Origin: Candidatus Krumholzibacteriia bacterium | GTDB lineage: Bacteria > Krumholzibacteriota > Krumholzibacteriia > LZORAL124-64-63 | Direction: 5' to 3' | Assembly: GCA_050174015.1 (NCBI GenBank) | Contig: JBFXKG010000002.1 | Coordinates: 64,001-128,000 of the forward strand | DNA length: 64,000 nucleotides | Shown: positions 18,653 through 30,647 of the stretch, one piece after another | How the letters are laid out: every line of letters starts with the position of its first letter | How positions within the stretch are numbered: position 1 is the stretch's first letter | Notes under the pieces: generated by a model | Told to the model about the DNA's origin: nothing | Database searches by the model: none | Seen by the model: only the letters and a program-made list of their open reading frames with translations | Translations under genes and position numbers: made by a program

Positions 18653-19837
18653 TTAGATCGCCTCGAAAATACCGGCGGCACCCATCCCGGTGCCGATGCA
18701 CATGGTGACCAGGGCGTACTTGCCGCCCCGTCGCTTCAGTTCGTGGAGGGCGCTCGTGGTCAGCTTGGCGCCGGTGCAGCCGAGGGGATGCCCCAGGGCC
18801 ACGGCGCCGCCGTTGGGATTCAGGCGTTGATCCGCCGGATCCAGCCCCAGGTGCTTGCAGACCGCCAGGCTCTGGGCGGCGAACGCCTCGTTCAGCTCGA
18901 TCACGTCCATCTGATCCAGGGACAGCCCGGTGCGGGCCAGGACCTTGGGCACTGCGGCCACCGGCCCGATGCCCATGATCTCGGGTTCGACCCCGGCGAC
19001 GGCGTAGCCCAGGAACCGGGCCAGGGGCGCCGCGCCGATCGCGGCGGCAAGCTCGGGCGTGGTGAGGAGCACGGCCGCGGCCCCGTCGCTCATCTGGCTG
19101 CTGTTGCCGGCGGTGACGGTGCCGCCCTGCTTGAAGGCGGGCTTCAGCTTGGCCAGGGCCTCGACGGTGGTGTCGTCGCGGGGACCCTCGTCCACCTTGA
19201 ACTCCACCTGCTCGGTGACGGGCCTACCTTTCTTGTCGGTTCCCGGAAGCTGGGCCATGACCGGGACGATCTCCTCTTCGTAGCGTCCGGCCGCGATGGC
19301 CTCGACCGCCTTGCGGTGGCTGTGGTAGGCGAACTCGTCCTGGGCTTCGCGGGTGATCCCGTCGCGAACCACCAGATTCTCGGCGGTCAATCCCATGTTG
19401 GTCAGGTACTCGGGGCGCTCACGGGCCAGAGTGGGGTTGGGCAGGTAGCGCAGGCCCCCCATGGGCACCATGGTCATGGTCTCGGTCCCGCCGGCGATCA
19501 CGAAATCGGACTGGCCGGTCAGGATCTGCGCGGCTCCGATGTTGATGGTCTCGAGTCCCGAACTGCAGAACCGGTTGACGGTCATGCCGGGCACGCTGAC
19601 GGGCAGGCCGGACATCAAGGCGATGTTGCGGCCCACGTTCATGCCCTGCTCGCCCTCGGGCATGGCGCAGCCCATGATGACGTCCCCGATCCGCGCGGGG
19701 TCCAGCTGGGGGAACATCGCGAGGATGTCCCGCACCACGGCGGCGCCCAGATCGTCCGGACGGGTGTGGCGCAGGCTCCCCTTGAGAGCCTTGCCCACGG
19801 CGGTGCGGCGGGCGGCGATGACGACGACTTCCTTCAT
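18653..19837 (-). CDS. fadA: Acetyl-CoA C-acyltransferase (3-ketoacyl-CoA thiolase)
   Basis: [28 protein letters not shown]. Confidence 0.95.
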   Translation of the reverse strand: MKEVVVIAARRTAVGKALKGSLRHTRPDDLGAAVVRDILAMFPQLDPARIGDVIMGCAMPEGEQGMNVGRNIALMSGLPVSVPGMTVNRFCSSGLETINIGAAQILTGQSDFVIAGGTETMTMVPMGGLRYLPNPTLARERPEYLTNMGLTAENLVVRDGITREAQDEFAYHSHRKAVEAIAAGRYEEEIVPVMAQLPGTDKKGRPVTEQVEFKVDEGPRDDTTVEALAKLKPAFKQGGTVTAGNSSQMSDGAAAVLLTTPELAAAIGAAPLARFLGYAVAGVEPEIMGIGPVAAVPKVLARTGLSLDQMDVIELNEAFAAQSLAVCKHLGLDPADQRLNPNGGAVALGHPLGCTGAKLTTSALHELKRRGGKYALVTMCIGTGMGAAGIFEAI

Positions 19838-19855
19838 CTTGGTCTCCTTTTCCCG

Positions 19856-22228
<2,373 letters not shown>

Positions 22229-22304
22229 GGGCTCTGCCTTTCCAGGGTCGAAACACCTTGAAGGTGCGGCCGAACCGGACCGCACGGGTTCACGGATTCG
22301 CAGA

Positions 22305-22322
22305 TTAATGAATAGTCATTCA
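22305..22322. promoter_or_regulatory. FadR operator (fadN side)
   Basis: TTAATGAATAGTCATTCA differs at one position from the Bacillus FadR/YsiA box TGAATGAnTAnTCATTCA; lies just downstream of the fadN -10. Confidence 0.8.
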
Positions 22323-22324
22323 GT

Positions 22325-22353
22325 ATCTTAACGGGAATCGGCCAGGGTGTCAA
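22325..22353 (-). promoter_or_regulatory. Sigma70 promoter of the fadN operon
   Basis: Minus strand TTGACA-N17-TAAGAT. Confidence 0.75.
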
Positions 22354-22382
22354 TCGCTTTGGGGGATTTTCGGGAATACCGC

Positions 22383-22411
22383 TTGTTTAAGTGATTATTG
22401 CCGTTTATAAT
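22383..22411 (+). promoter_or_regulatory. Sigma70 promoter of fadR
   Basis: TTGTTT-N17-TATAAT. Confidence 0.6.
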
Positions 22412-22464
22412 CCGAAAGCGCAATTCGGGAAGCGGGTTCGCCTCTTCGGCCGGCCCTGTCCGGC

Positions 22465-22482
22465 GGAATGAATAGGTATTCA
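22465..22482. promoter_or_regulatory. Second FadR operator (autoregulatory)
   Basis: GGAATGAATAGGTATTCA, 3 nt before ATG 22486. Confidence 0.7.
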
Positions 22483-22485
22483 AGA

Positions 22486-23091
22486 ATGGCAAGAACATCC
22501 CCGGGTGACAAGAAGCAGCGCATCCTGGATGCGGCCGTGGTGGAGATCGCACGCAGGGGTTACCACCAGACCACCGTCGCCATGATCGCCCGCAGGGCGG
22601 GCGTGGCCGACGGGACCATCTACCTGTACTTCAAGAACAAGGATGAGGTTCTGGTCTCCCTGTTCGACCGGGCCCTGGGTCGTTTCATCGAGGAGGGACG
22701 CGACCGGCTGGCGGGTTTCGCGGGAGCGGAGGCCAAGCTGAGGGACATCGTCGAGCGGCACCTGACCCTGGTGGGCCAGGACCGGGACCTGGCCATCATC
22801 ACGCAGGTCGAACTGCGCCACAGCCTGCACTTCATGGAGGAACTGTCCCGGGCCCAAGTGGGGCGTTATCTGGAGATCATCGCCGAGGTCCTGGCCGAGG
22901 GCAGGGTCGAGGGCGTCTTCCGGGCGGGCCTGGACCCTGTCCTGGGCGCCAAGGCTGTCTTCGGGATCCTGGACGAGATGGCGACGGACTGGGTGCTGTC
23001 CCGCCGCAACACGCGGCTGGAGGGCAAGGCCCGGGAGGTGGCCGACCTGATCCTGGGCGGGGTGGCGCGCTGCCCCCGGACCGGGGACTGA
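22486..23091 (+). CDS. fadR: TetR-family regulator, FadR/YsiA-like
   Basis: TetR HTH IARRAGVADGTIYLYFKNK; LAIITQVELR; divergent from fadN. Confidence 0.88.
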   Translation: MARTSPGDKKQRILDAAVVEIARRGYHQTTVAMIARRAGVADGTIYLYFKNKDEVLVSLFDRALGRFIEEGRDRLAGFAGAEAKLRDIVERHLTLVGQDRDLAIITQVELRHSLHFMEELSRAQVGRYLEIIAEVLAEGRVEGVFRAGLDPVLGAKAVFGILDEMATDWVLSRRNTRLEGKAREVADLILGGVARCPRTGD

Positions 23092-23119
23092 ATTCCTCCA
23101 GCGGAACTGCACGAGACGG

Positions 23120-23147
23120 CCGAACCCCCGCAGGCGCGGGGGTTCGG
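23120..23147. terminator. Hairpin between convergent fadR and norB
   Basis: CCGAACCCCCGC-aggc-GCGGGGGTTCGG; no U-tract. Confidence 0.5.
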
Positions 23148-23159
23148 CAGGTCAACGGG

Positions 23160-25445
23160 TCAGTCGACCCCGGCGGCTCCACTCCTGCGGGGCATGTCGG
23201 TGGCCCCGGAGACCGACCAGCCACCCTTCAACCCCGCGATGAACCAGGCCAGGGCGAGGGTCCCCACCGCGAAGATGGTGTCCCCGATGACCCGCAGCCA
23301 CCGCAGCGTCTGCATGTAATCCTGCTGCATGAACTCCTGGGACCGGGCGTACCACAGGCCCTCCCTGACCGAGGCCAGGGTCTGGGCGAGGCCGATGGGC
23401 AGCACCGAGATCAGGACCATCAGCGCCAGTCCGATGTTGATGGCCCAGAAGGCGAACCGCAGCACCCCCTCCTTCCAGACGTTACGGGCGGCGAGGCTCT
23501 TGAGGACGAACAGCATCAGGCCGATCCCCAGCATGCCGTAGACGCCGAACAGCGCGGTGTGTCCATGGACGGGGGTCGTGTTCAGACCCTGCATGTAGTA
23601 GAGTGCGATGGGAGGGTTGATCAGGAACCCGAAGATCCCGGCCCCGACCAGGTTCCAGAAGGCGACCGCGACGAAGCAGTAGATGGGCCACTTGTAGGCC
23701 TGGATCCAGGGCTTGGCGCGGCTGAGACGGAGGTTGTGGTAGGCCTCGAAGCCGAGCAGGACCAGGGGCACGACCTCCAGGGCGCTGAAGGTGGCGCCCA
23801 GGGCCAGGACGGCCGTGGGCGTGCCGGTGAAGTAGAGGTGGTGGAAGGTCCCGATGATGCCGCCGGCCAGGAACACGTTGGTGGAGAACAGGGCCGCGGC
23901 GGTGGCCAGTCCGACCTTCAGCAGGCCCAGCCGGACGAACAGGAACGCGATGACCACGGTGGCGAAGACCTCGAAGAAGCCCTCCACCCAGAGGTGGACA
24001 ACCCACCAGCGCCAGTATTCGGCCATGGCGAGGTTGGTCTGGCGGCCCCACATCAGGCCGGCGCCGTAGAAGCCGGCGATGGCGATGCAGGAGATGACCA
24101 GCAGCACCAGGAGAGGTCGGCTGCTGTCGGGCCGGCGCAACGCCGGCATCAGGGCGCGGACCATCAGCAGCAGCCACAGGAACAGGCCCACCAGGAGAAG
24201 GATCTGCCACAGCCGGCCCAGGTCCACGTATTCGTAGCCCTGGTGGCCGAACCAGAAGTTCTCCACCAGACCCAGCCGCTGCATGATCCCGAACCATTGC
24301 CCGGTCAGCGACCCGGCGACCACGATGAGCAGGGCGCCGAACAGGACGTTGACGCCCAGACGCTGGAACCGCGGCTCATGGCCGGACACCGCAGGGGCGA
24401 TGAACAGCCCGGTGGCCAGCCAGGAGGTGGCGATCCAGAAGATGGCCAGCTGGACGTGCCAGGTGCGGCTGAGGCTGTAGGGCAGGATGCTGGAGAGATC
24501 CAGGCCGTAGAACCCGCTCCCTTCGACCCCGTAGTGGGCGGTGATCGCCCCCATGACGACCTGCACGACGATCAGGGCCGTCACGACCCAGAAGTACTTG
24601 AGAGTGGCGCTCATCGACGGCGTGGGGGACAGGGCCATCAAGGGATCGTCGGCGGGCAGGTCGGCCGCGTCGGGTTCTTCCTCGCGGTGGGAGGCGTAGT
24701 ACCAGGCCAGCAGGGCGATGCCGGCGATCAGGACGATCACCGAGAATCCCGTCCACAGGATGAGGCTGGGGGTGGGCCGGTTGCCGACCAGGTCGTCCGG
24801 CGGCCAGTTGTTGGTGTAGGTGACCTCGGAACCGGGCCGTTCGGTCACGCAGGCCCAGCTTGCCCAGAAGAAGAAGGCGGTCAACTGGCGCAGCCTCTCC
24901 TCCCCGGCCACGGTAATCTCCCGCATGGCGTAGGCCTCGCGGGTCTCCCGCAGGGCGGGGTCGTCGCCGAACAGGGCCCGGTAATACCCGGCGATGGCGG
25001 CGATGGCCGCGGCCCGGTCCTCGGACACGGTCAAGTCCCCGGTCTTGGGATCGTATCCGTTGGTCCGGATCTCGGCCTGCAGCCTGGCCTCCAGGGCGGC
25101 CCTGGTCTCGAGGGGAAGGTCGTCGGCACCCATCCTGTGATCGCGCCTGGCCCAGGCCTCGAGCAGGGTGGCGCCTTCGCGATGGAGCCAGTCCGCCGAC
25201 CAGTCAGGGGCGATGTAGGCCCCGTGGCCCCAGACGGTGCCCAGTTCCTGGCCTCCGGTGGATTGCCACACGTTCTGGCCGTCCCTGATGTCCTGACCCG
25301 TGAAGAGGACCTGGCCGGAGTTGGTCACCACCCGATCGGGGACGGGGGGGGCCTTGCGGTAGATCTCCCTGCCGAAGATGCCCAGGACGGCGAACGAGCC
25401 GGCCACCACCAGGGCGAACACGATCCAGAGTTTCTTGTAATTCAT
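23160..25445 (-). CDS. norB: Quinol-dependent nitric oxide reductase (qNOR, NorB/NorZ)
   Basis: GHGAYIAPDWSADWLH, WWVVHLWVEGFFE, GTFHHLYF, TPVHGHTALFGVYG; 761 aa single-subunit type. Confidence 0.95.
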   Translation of the reverse strand: MNYKKLWIVFALVVAGSFAVLGIFGREIYRKAPPVPDRVVTNSGQVLFTGQDIRDGQNVWQSTGGQELGTVWGHGAYIAPDWSADWLHREGATLLEAWARRDHRMGADDLPLETRAALEARLQAEIRTNGYDPKTGDLTVSEDRAAAIAAIAGYYRALFGDDPALRETREAYAMREITVAGEERLRQLTAFFFWASWACVTERPGSEVTYTNNWPPDDLVGNRPTPSLILWTGFSVIVLIAGIALLAWYYASHREEEPDAADLPADDPLMALSPTPSMSATLKYFWVVTALIVVQVVMGAITAHYGVEGSGFYGLDLSSILPYSLSRTWHVQLAIFWIATSWLATGLFIAPAVSGHEPRFQRLGVNVLFGALLIVVAGSLTGQWFGIMQRLGLVENFWFGHQGYEYVDLGRLWQILLLVGLFLWLLLMVRALMPALRRPDSSRPLLVLLVISCIAIAGFYGAGLMWGRQTNLAMAEYWRWWVVHLWVEGFFEVFATVVIAFLFVRLGLLKVGLATAAALFSTNVFLAGGIIGTFHHLYFTGTPTAVLALGATFSALEVVPLVLLGFEAYHNLRLSRAKPWIQAYKWPIYCFVAVAFWNLVGAGIFGFLINPPIALYYMQGLNTTPVHGHTALFGVYGMLGIGLMLFVLKSLAARNVWKEGVLRFAFWAINIGLALMVLISVLPIGLAQTLASVREGLWYARSQEFMQQDYMQTLRWLRVIGDTIFAVGTLALAWFIAGLKGGWSVSGATDMPRRSGAAGVD

Positions 25446-25486
25446 CGTTCCTCCATGGCCAGGGGGCCGCTCGGGTTTTCAAATGA

Positions 25487-25510
25487 TCAAGGCATCCCAG
25501 AATCCCTTGA
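25487..25510. promoter_or_regulatory. Putative Rrf2 operator upstream of norB
   Basis: TCAAGGCATCCCAGAATCCCTTGA (TCAAGG-N12-CCTTGA), similar to 25937-25960. Confidence 0.55.
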
Positions 25511-25524
25511 GTGGTGAAAAAAAA

Positions 25525-25926
25525 TCAGGGGAATGCCAGGTCCCGGACCAGGGTGCTCGCAAGCAGAGCATGATAGCCGTCCCTGATCTCCGCCCATCCC
25601 TCGTGCATGGGACAGGGATTGCCCGCATCGCAGGCCGGACGCCCGAAGGCGCAATCGTCCTTCGCGCCGGCGCCCTGCCCCTCGATGATCTCCACGACGT
25701 CCAGGATGGGGCGGTCCTCCGCTCCGGGCTTGAGGGCGAAGCCGCCTCCCCAGCCCTTGCGGGATTCCACCAGACCGCCTTTGCGCAGCTGGTTGAGGAT
25801 CTTGACCAGGTAGTTGGCCGGGATCCCCGTGGCCGCCGCCAGCTCGTCGCCCGGAATGAGGCGGCCGCCGTGGGAGGCGAGGAAGCCCAGGACGTGGAAG
25901 GCGTAGCGGGAAGTCTGAGACATCAT
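25525..25926 (-). CDS. Rrf2-family transcriptional regulator (Fe-S type, probable NO sensor)
   Basis: SRYAFHVL...IPANYLVKILNQLRKGGLVESRKGWGGGF; three Cys in CAFGRPACDAGNPCPMH. Confidence 0.9.
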   Translation of the reverse strand: MMSQTSRYAFHVLGFLASHGGRLIPGDELAAATGIPANYLVKILNQLRKGGLVESRKGWGGGFALKPGAEDRPILDVVEIIEGQGAGAKDDCAFGRPACDAGNPCPMHEGWAEIRDGYHALLASTLVRDLAFP

Positions 25927-25936
25927 GATCGTCACC

Positions 25937-25975
25937 TCAGCGGACAATTAAATCCTTTGAGACGTTGGAAGTCAA
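25937..25975 (-). promoter_or_regulatory. Sigma70 promoter of rrf2 with overlapping putative operator
   Basis: Minus strand TTGACT(25975-25970)-N17-TTTAAT(25952-25947); the 24-bp element TCAGCGGACAATTAAATCCTTTGA (25937-25960) covers the -10. Confidence 0.65.
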
Positions 25976-25992
25976 ATAAATGTAGGGGACCG

Positions 25993-28266
25993 TCAACGGA
26001 TCAGGGTTACCCTTCCGTTCGAGACCGCCTTCTCCGTTTCCAGTCTCAATAGATAGACTCCGGATGGAACCGGCCTACCTCCATGGTCCGTGCCGTCCCA
26101 CTGGGCGCTCCCGGGCCCTGCTTGTTGATAGCCATCCACGAGGGTGGCGACCCGTCGACCGTCCAGGGAGAATACCGCCAATTTGGCCAACCCCTCCTGG
26201 GGCACGAAGTACCGGATCAGGGTCATGGGATTGGCAGGGTTGGGATGGGCGGAAAGGTCCGCACCAGCGTCGGATTCGCTGGCCTTGGTGGGGGCGGGGG
26301 AGGCCGGGGCGCCTCCAGAAGTCCGGCCGACCGGCAAGGGGTCCAATCGTTCCAGGGGGAGCAGGTGGAGTTCCTCGCCCGCATTTTTCGTATCAGTTAG
26401 GATTCCCCAATCCGTGTGTATCAGACGAGACGCTTGGGTGAACAGGTCCCCTCCGATACATCTGGCTCCCATTCCGGGTACGAATTTCATGACCGATATG
26501 CCACTGGTCCCCAGGGCAAGGTAAATCCGCTCCTTGAGAAACAGGACATCCCGGATACTTGCCCCGATGTCTTGGGATCCTTTGGTGGTCGGGGACAGGG
26601 GGTCGCTGACGTCATGGAGATAGAGAATCGAATCGTCGAATGTGAGGAGCCTGTCTCCCGATATGGACCCGAAGCGCCCTGCCAGGGGACCTGACCCCAG
26701 CAGGATGGGAGCCAGGGGATCGGTGAGGTCGATGACGGACACCCGGCCGTTTCCACCAAGATACAGGTAGTCGCCAATCCTCATCAATTGGCCGGGCGGC
26801 AGGTTCGGCAAGGAAGCCACCAGAATGGGATCGTTGTTCTGGTCGATGGTATAGATTCCGAGGATGTTTTTGTCGTGGGAGACGACTTGATACTGGTCCC
26901 AGGCCAGGACGGCGGTGATGGGGGGGAAGGTGGTCGCTTCCGCGGGAGCGATGGTTCCATCAGCAGCGATGTCCGCTTGCAGGTGGCGATCGGATATATA
27001 TGCTCGGCGGCCGACGAGGGCCATCTCATTGGCTGTCCGGTACTCCTCTTCAATGATTGAAATCCTGTGCGGCGGAGTGATCGACAGGTCAACGGTTTTC
27101 AAGCTCCAAAAAGACCAGTCTGGACTACTTCCCGATATGAGTTCTACCGCAGTACTTCCATCCAACTTTGCCACAACATCGGATCCACCATGGAAAACCT
27201 CCACGGGTGTACGACCGAAATCAGAAATTCTAAAAACGACATTGCCACAGGAGAGAATTTCCTTTTCCGGTATCCAGCTGAGAGGTGGAAGTCCGATATC
27301 GGGGCTGGCCAGGGAAAAACGAAAAGTTGGAGTATTCCAATCCGCGTCGGCCACGAAAACCGGCGAAAAATTGGATTTGAAGTAGACCAAGTTATGGTCT
27401 GAAAAAAGGGTGTTGAATGTGAAGTATTCATTGGAAGTGACCAAGGCGGAATAGTCCCATTCCACTTTGCCTTCTGACCCGACCGTGAGACGGGTCACAT
27501 AATTTTCGTAAATAATGAGGTAGGGGTTAACGGGGATCGCCACGCTGGAAACAAGGAAGCCGGGCGGGAATGGGATAACCGCATTGAAATACCCGAATCC
27601 ATCTGGCCACCCAGGTATGGAATCATGGAAATCCGAGACCTTTGGCTGGGTTGGGTGGGTGATGTCCACCACGGACATCTGTCCAGAATAACCGACGAGA
27701 GTTGACCCGAAAGAAGAGGTGGCAATGGCTGAAGGAAAGCCCAGGCATATGTCGCGACCCCAATTGTCCGACCTGACTTCAAAACCCAACCCCACCGATC
27801 CAAGAAGGGTCGGATGGGCCGGATCGGAGAGGGAGTACAGGTAGAGATTGCGGGGATCGGCCACGCCCAGGAGGGAGTCCTGGATGGCCACCACAAGGTC
27901 CCCGGCACTGAAGGTGATCCGGGCGAGCAGGTCGAGCGCAGGCAATCGGAAGATATCGACATGACTCGATTCCACGGCGGCGACGAGATCCCCACCTACG
28001 GCGAGATCCGTGTACGAGCCGAGGGCCTGGCTGTGGATCTTCGGCTTGAGGGTGTCCCTGACATCGAGAAGGTACAGGTCACTGGGCCCGGCCATCAGGA
28101 TCGAGTCCTTCCAGGGCGCCGAGGCGGTGACGGCAATATCCGCGATCTCCAGCGGGTTCGGGATCCAGAAACTGCCCTCGGAATCGGCCAAGGCATCCTG
28201 GGCGGGACAGAGAGAGGGAAGGGAAAATACCAAGACGATGAGGGCCCGCAGGCAATGTCCTGACAT
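25993..28266 (-). CDS. Secreted LVIVD-repeat (beta-propeller-like) protein with FlgD-Ig/T9SS-like CTD
   Basis: Signal peptide; repeats such as YSLSDPAHPTLLGS, VVDITHPTQP, VIDLTDPLAPILLG, HDVSDPLSP; ends HPNPANP...FSLDGRRVATL...WDGTDHGGRPVPSGVYLLRL. Confidence 0.75.
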   Translation of the reverse strand: MSGHCLRALIVLVFSLPSLCPAQDALADSEGSFWIPNPLEIADIAVTASAPWKDSILMAGPSDLYLLDVRDTLKPKIHSQALGSYTDLAVGGDLVAAVESSHVDIFRLPALDLLARITFSAGDLVVAIQDSLLGVADPRNLYLYSLSDPAHPTLLGSVGLGFEVRSDNWGRDICLGFPSAIATSSFGSTLVGYSGQMSVVDITHPTQPKVSDFHDSIPGWPDGFGYFNAVIPFPPGFLVSSVAIPVNPYLIIYENYVTRLTVGSEGKVEWDYSALVTSNEYFTFNTLFSDHNLVYFKSNFSPVFVADADWNTPTFRFSLASPDIGLPPLSWIPEKEILSCGNVVFRISDFGRTPVEVFHGGSDVVAKLDGSTAVELISGSSPDWSFWSLKTVDLSITPPHRISIIEEEYRTANEMALVGRRAYISDRHLQADIAADGTIAPAEATTFPPITAVLAWDQYQVVSHDKNILGIYTIDQNNDPILVASLPNLPPGQLMRIGDYLYLGGNGRVSVIDLTDPLAPILLGSGPLAGRFGSISGDRLLTFDDSILYLHDVSDPLSPTTKGSQDIGASIRDVLFLKERIYLALGTSGISVMKFVPGMGARCIGGDLFTQASRLIHTDWGILTDTKNAGEELHLLPLERLDPLPVGRTSGGAPASPAPTKASESDAGADLSAHPNPANPMTLIRYFVPQEGLAKLAVFSLDGRRVATLVDGYQQAGPGSAQWDGTDHGGRPVPSGVYLLRLETEKAVSNGRVTLIR

Positions 28267-28577
28267 TGGGAGCCTACTTTCTCAGGATGGATATCGCATA
28301 TTTTGAAAGCCATGAATCGTATCACAAACGGGAAGATCCCGTCAAATGGCCCGCCCCGGGGTGGCCCTTCCGGGACTCCCATAACGGCTCCCCCTTAGCC
28401 GGGGGGTCATGGAATGCAAATGATTCCAGGTAGGGTTGCTAGTTAACCTGTCAAAATTTTAGCAATTTTTTCGCCCGTGCTTGACTTCCTCCTCCGGCCC
28501 TGACGACCTTTCCGGCCTGTGTTAGATTGTCGTTTCCGTCGTGGTTGCCTGCTGCACCCGAGCGAACCGGAGCTGCC

Positions 28578-30647
28578 ATGCCCGCACCCGAGAACCCCGC
28601 CTCCGACCACCTCCTGGCCGAATTTCCCGTTCCCACCCTGGCTGAATGGCGCGCCGAAGTCGACCGCCTGCTCAAGGGCGTCCCCTTCGCCAAGGCGATG
28701 GTGACCCGCACCCTCGAGGGCATCGCGATCGATCCCATGCCGACCGCCGCCGACACGGAGAACCTGGGCTGGCTGGATTCCCGGCCGGGGCAGGCCCCCT
28801 ACGTGCGCGGGGGACGGGCGGGCGGTTACCACGAGACTCCCTGGTGGATCGCCCAGGAACTGGGCCTCTGCGATCCCGCCGACGTCAACGCCGCCTTGCG
28901 TCACGATCTGGGGCGGGGGCAGACGGCCGTGAACCTGGTGCTGGACCGGGCGGGGATGCGGGGAGGCGACCCCGTGACCGCGGAGGCCGGCGACGTGGGA
29001 TCAGGGGGAACGTCCATCGCGGACCTCGTCGACCTGACCCTCGCCCTGGATGGGGTGGACCTGTCCCGGACTCCGATCCTGATCGACGGCGGCGCGGGAG
29101 CAGTGCCCCTGGCCGCCATGCTGGTCCGACTGGCGAGGACGCGGGGGATCGACCCGGCCCGGCTGGAGGGATGTCTCGGCTGCGACCCGGTGTTCGGGCT
29201 GGCCCGTGAGGGCTCCCTGCCCCTGCCTGCGGTCGCGCTCTACGACCAGCTGGCCGATCTGGCGCGGTGGGCCGGCGACCACGCCCCGCGGCTGAGGACC
29301 CTGCCCGTGCACGAAACGCCCTGGCATGAAGGCGGGGCGGACGACGCCCTGTCCCTGGGGCTCTGCCTGGCGGGCGCGGTGCACGTCCTGCGGGAGATGG
29401 AACGGCGGGAACTGGATCTGGCTGCTGCGGTCGGCCGCATCCACTTCCAGCTCAGCCTCGGCGGCGACTTCTTCATGGGGATCGCCAAGCTGCGCGCCCT
29501 GCGCCTGCTGTGGAGCCGCATCCAGGAGGCGGCGGGGCTCCGGCCGGTCCCGGCCTTCATCCACGCCCGGACCAGCCGGCGCACCCTGGCCGCGGTCGAT
29601 CCCCACGTGAACATGCTGCGGACGACCATCGGGGCCATGGCGGCCGTGCTGGGCGCGGCCGACAGTCTCCATACCAGTCCCTTCGACGAGCCCCTGGGGC
29701 GGTCCGACGCCTTCAGCAGGCGCATCGCCAGGAACGTCCAGCTGATCCTGCGGCACGAATGCCATCTGGACCAGGTGGCCGACCCCGCCGGGGGAAGCTG
29801 GTACCCCGAGAAGCTGACCGGCGAACTGGCGACCACGGCCTGGGGCCACTTCCAGGGCGTCGAGGCCGGTGGAGGCATCCTCGCTCTCCTGGAGAGCGGC
29901 CAGATCCAGCACCGGGTGGCCGCGGCCGCCCTTGCGCGCACCGAGCGGCTGGCCACCCGCCGGGACGTCCTGATCGGGGTCAACCAGTACGCCATCGCGG
30001 GGGAGGTCCTGCGCAACGGCGAACCGTCCAAGCCGGAGGGATTCGCCGAGAGCCGGGCCAGGGAGGTCGCCGGCCGGCGCGGGAACCCGACTGTCGAGGC
30101 AGGATTCGCGGCCATGATCGAGGGGGCCGGCGCCGGGGCCACCATCGCGCAGCTGCTGCCCGGATCGTCGCCCGAGGGCGCGGTGATGCCCATCCCCCTG
30201 CGTCGGGACGCCGAGCCATTCGAACGCCTGAGGCGGCGGGTGGCCGATCTCGGCGAAGGTTCCGAAACGACGGTGTTCTGCGCCTGCCTGGGCGACTTCG
30301 CCCGCTACATGCCGCGGCTGGACTTCGTGCGGCGCTTCTTCCAGGTGGGGGGATTCAAGGTGAGGGCCGATGCCTTCTTCGCCGATCCGATGGCGGCCGC
30401 GGAGGCGGCCGCCGGCTCTGCGACCGTGGTGATCGTCGGGCTCGACGAAACCTACGGGGAACAGGCCGCGGCCACGGCGCGCCTGCTGAAGGCCCAGGAG
30501 GGGCCGCCCCGGTTGATCCTGGCCGGTCAGCCCGGCGACCTGGAAGCCGAACTGAAGGAGGCGGGCGTGGACGAGTTCATCCACCTGCGCAGCGACGTCC
30601 TGGCAGTGCTCGAACGCCTCGCCGCCGACCAGGAGGTGGAGTCATGA
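28578..30647 (+). CDS. mutA: Methylmalonyl-CoA mutase small (beta) subunit
   Basis: [53 protein letters not shown]; lacks the DxH cobalamin motif; ATGA overlap with the next gene. Confidence 0.9.
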   Translation: MPAPENPASDHLLAEFPVPTLAEWRAEVDRLLKGVPFAKAMVTRTLEGIAIDPMPTAADTENLGWLDSRPGQAPYVRGGRAGGYHETPWWIAQELGLCDPADVNAALRHDLGRGQTAVNLVLDRAGMRGGDPVTAEAGDVGSGGTSIADLVDLTLALDGVDLSRTPILIDGGAGAVPLAAMLVRLARTRGIDPARLEGCLGCDPVFGLAREGSLPLPAVALYDQLADLARWAGDHAPRLRTLPVHETPWHEGGADDALSLGLCLAGAVHVLREMERRELDLAAAVGRIHFQLSLGGDFFMGIAKLRALRLLWSRIQEAAGLRPVPAFIHARTSRRTLAAVDPHVNMLRTTIGAMAAVLGAADSLHTSPFDEPLGRSDAFSRRIARNVQLILRHECHLDQVADPAGGSWYPEKLTGELATTAWGHFQGVEAGGGILALLESGQIQHRVAAAALARTERLATRRDVLIGVNQYAIAGEVLRNGEPSKPEGFAESRAREVAGRRGNPTVEAGFAAMIEGAGAGATIAQLLPGSSPEGAVMPIPLRRDAEPFERLRRRVADLGEGSETTVFCACLGDFARYMPRLDFVRRFFQVGGFKVRADAFFADPMAAAEAAAGSATVVIVGLDETYGEQAAATARLLKAQEGPPRLILAGQPGDLEAELKEAGVDEFIHLRSDVLAVLERLAADQEVES

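Noticed and set aside
28270..28577. Cobalamin riboswitch upstream of mutA
   Set aside because: I could not find the B12-box or conserved core by eye; a covariance search would be needed.
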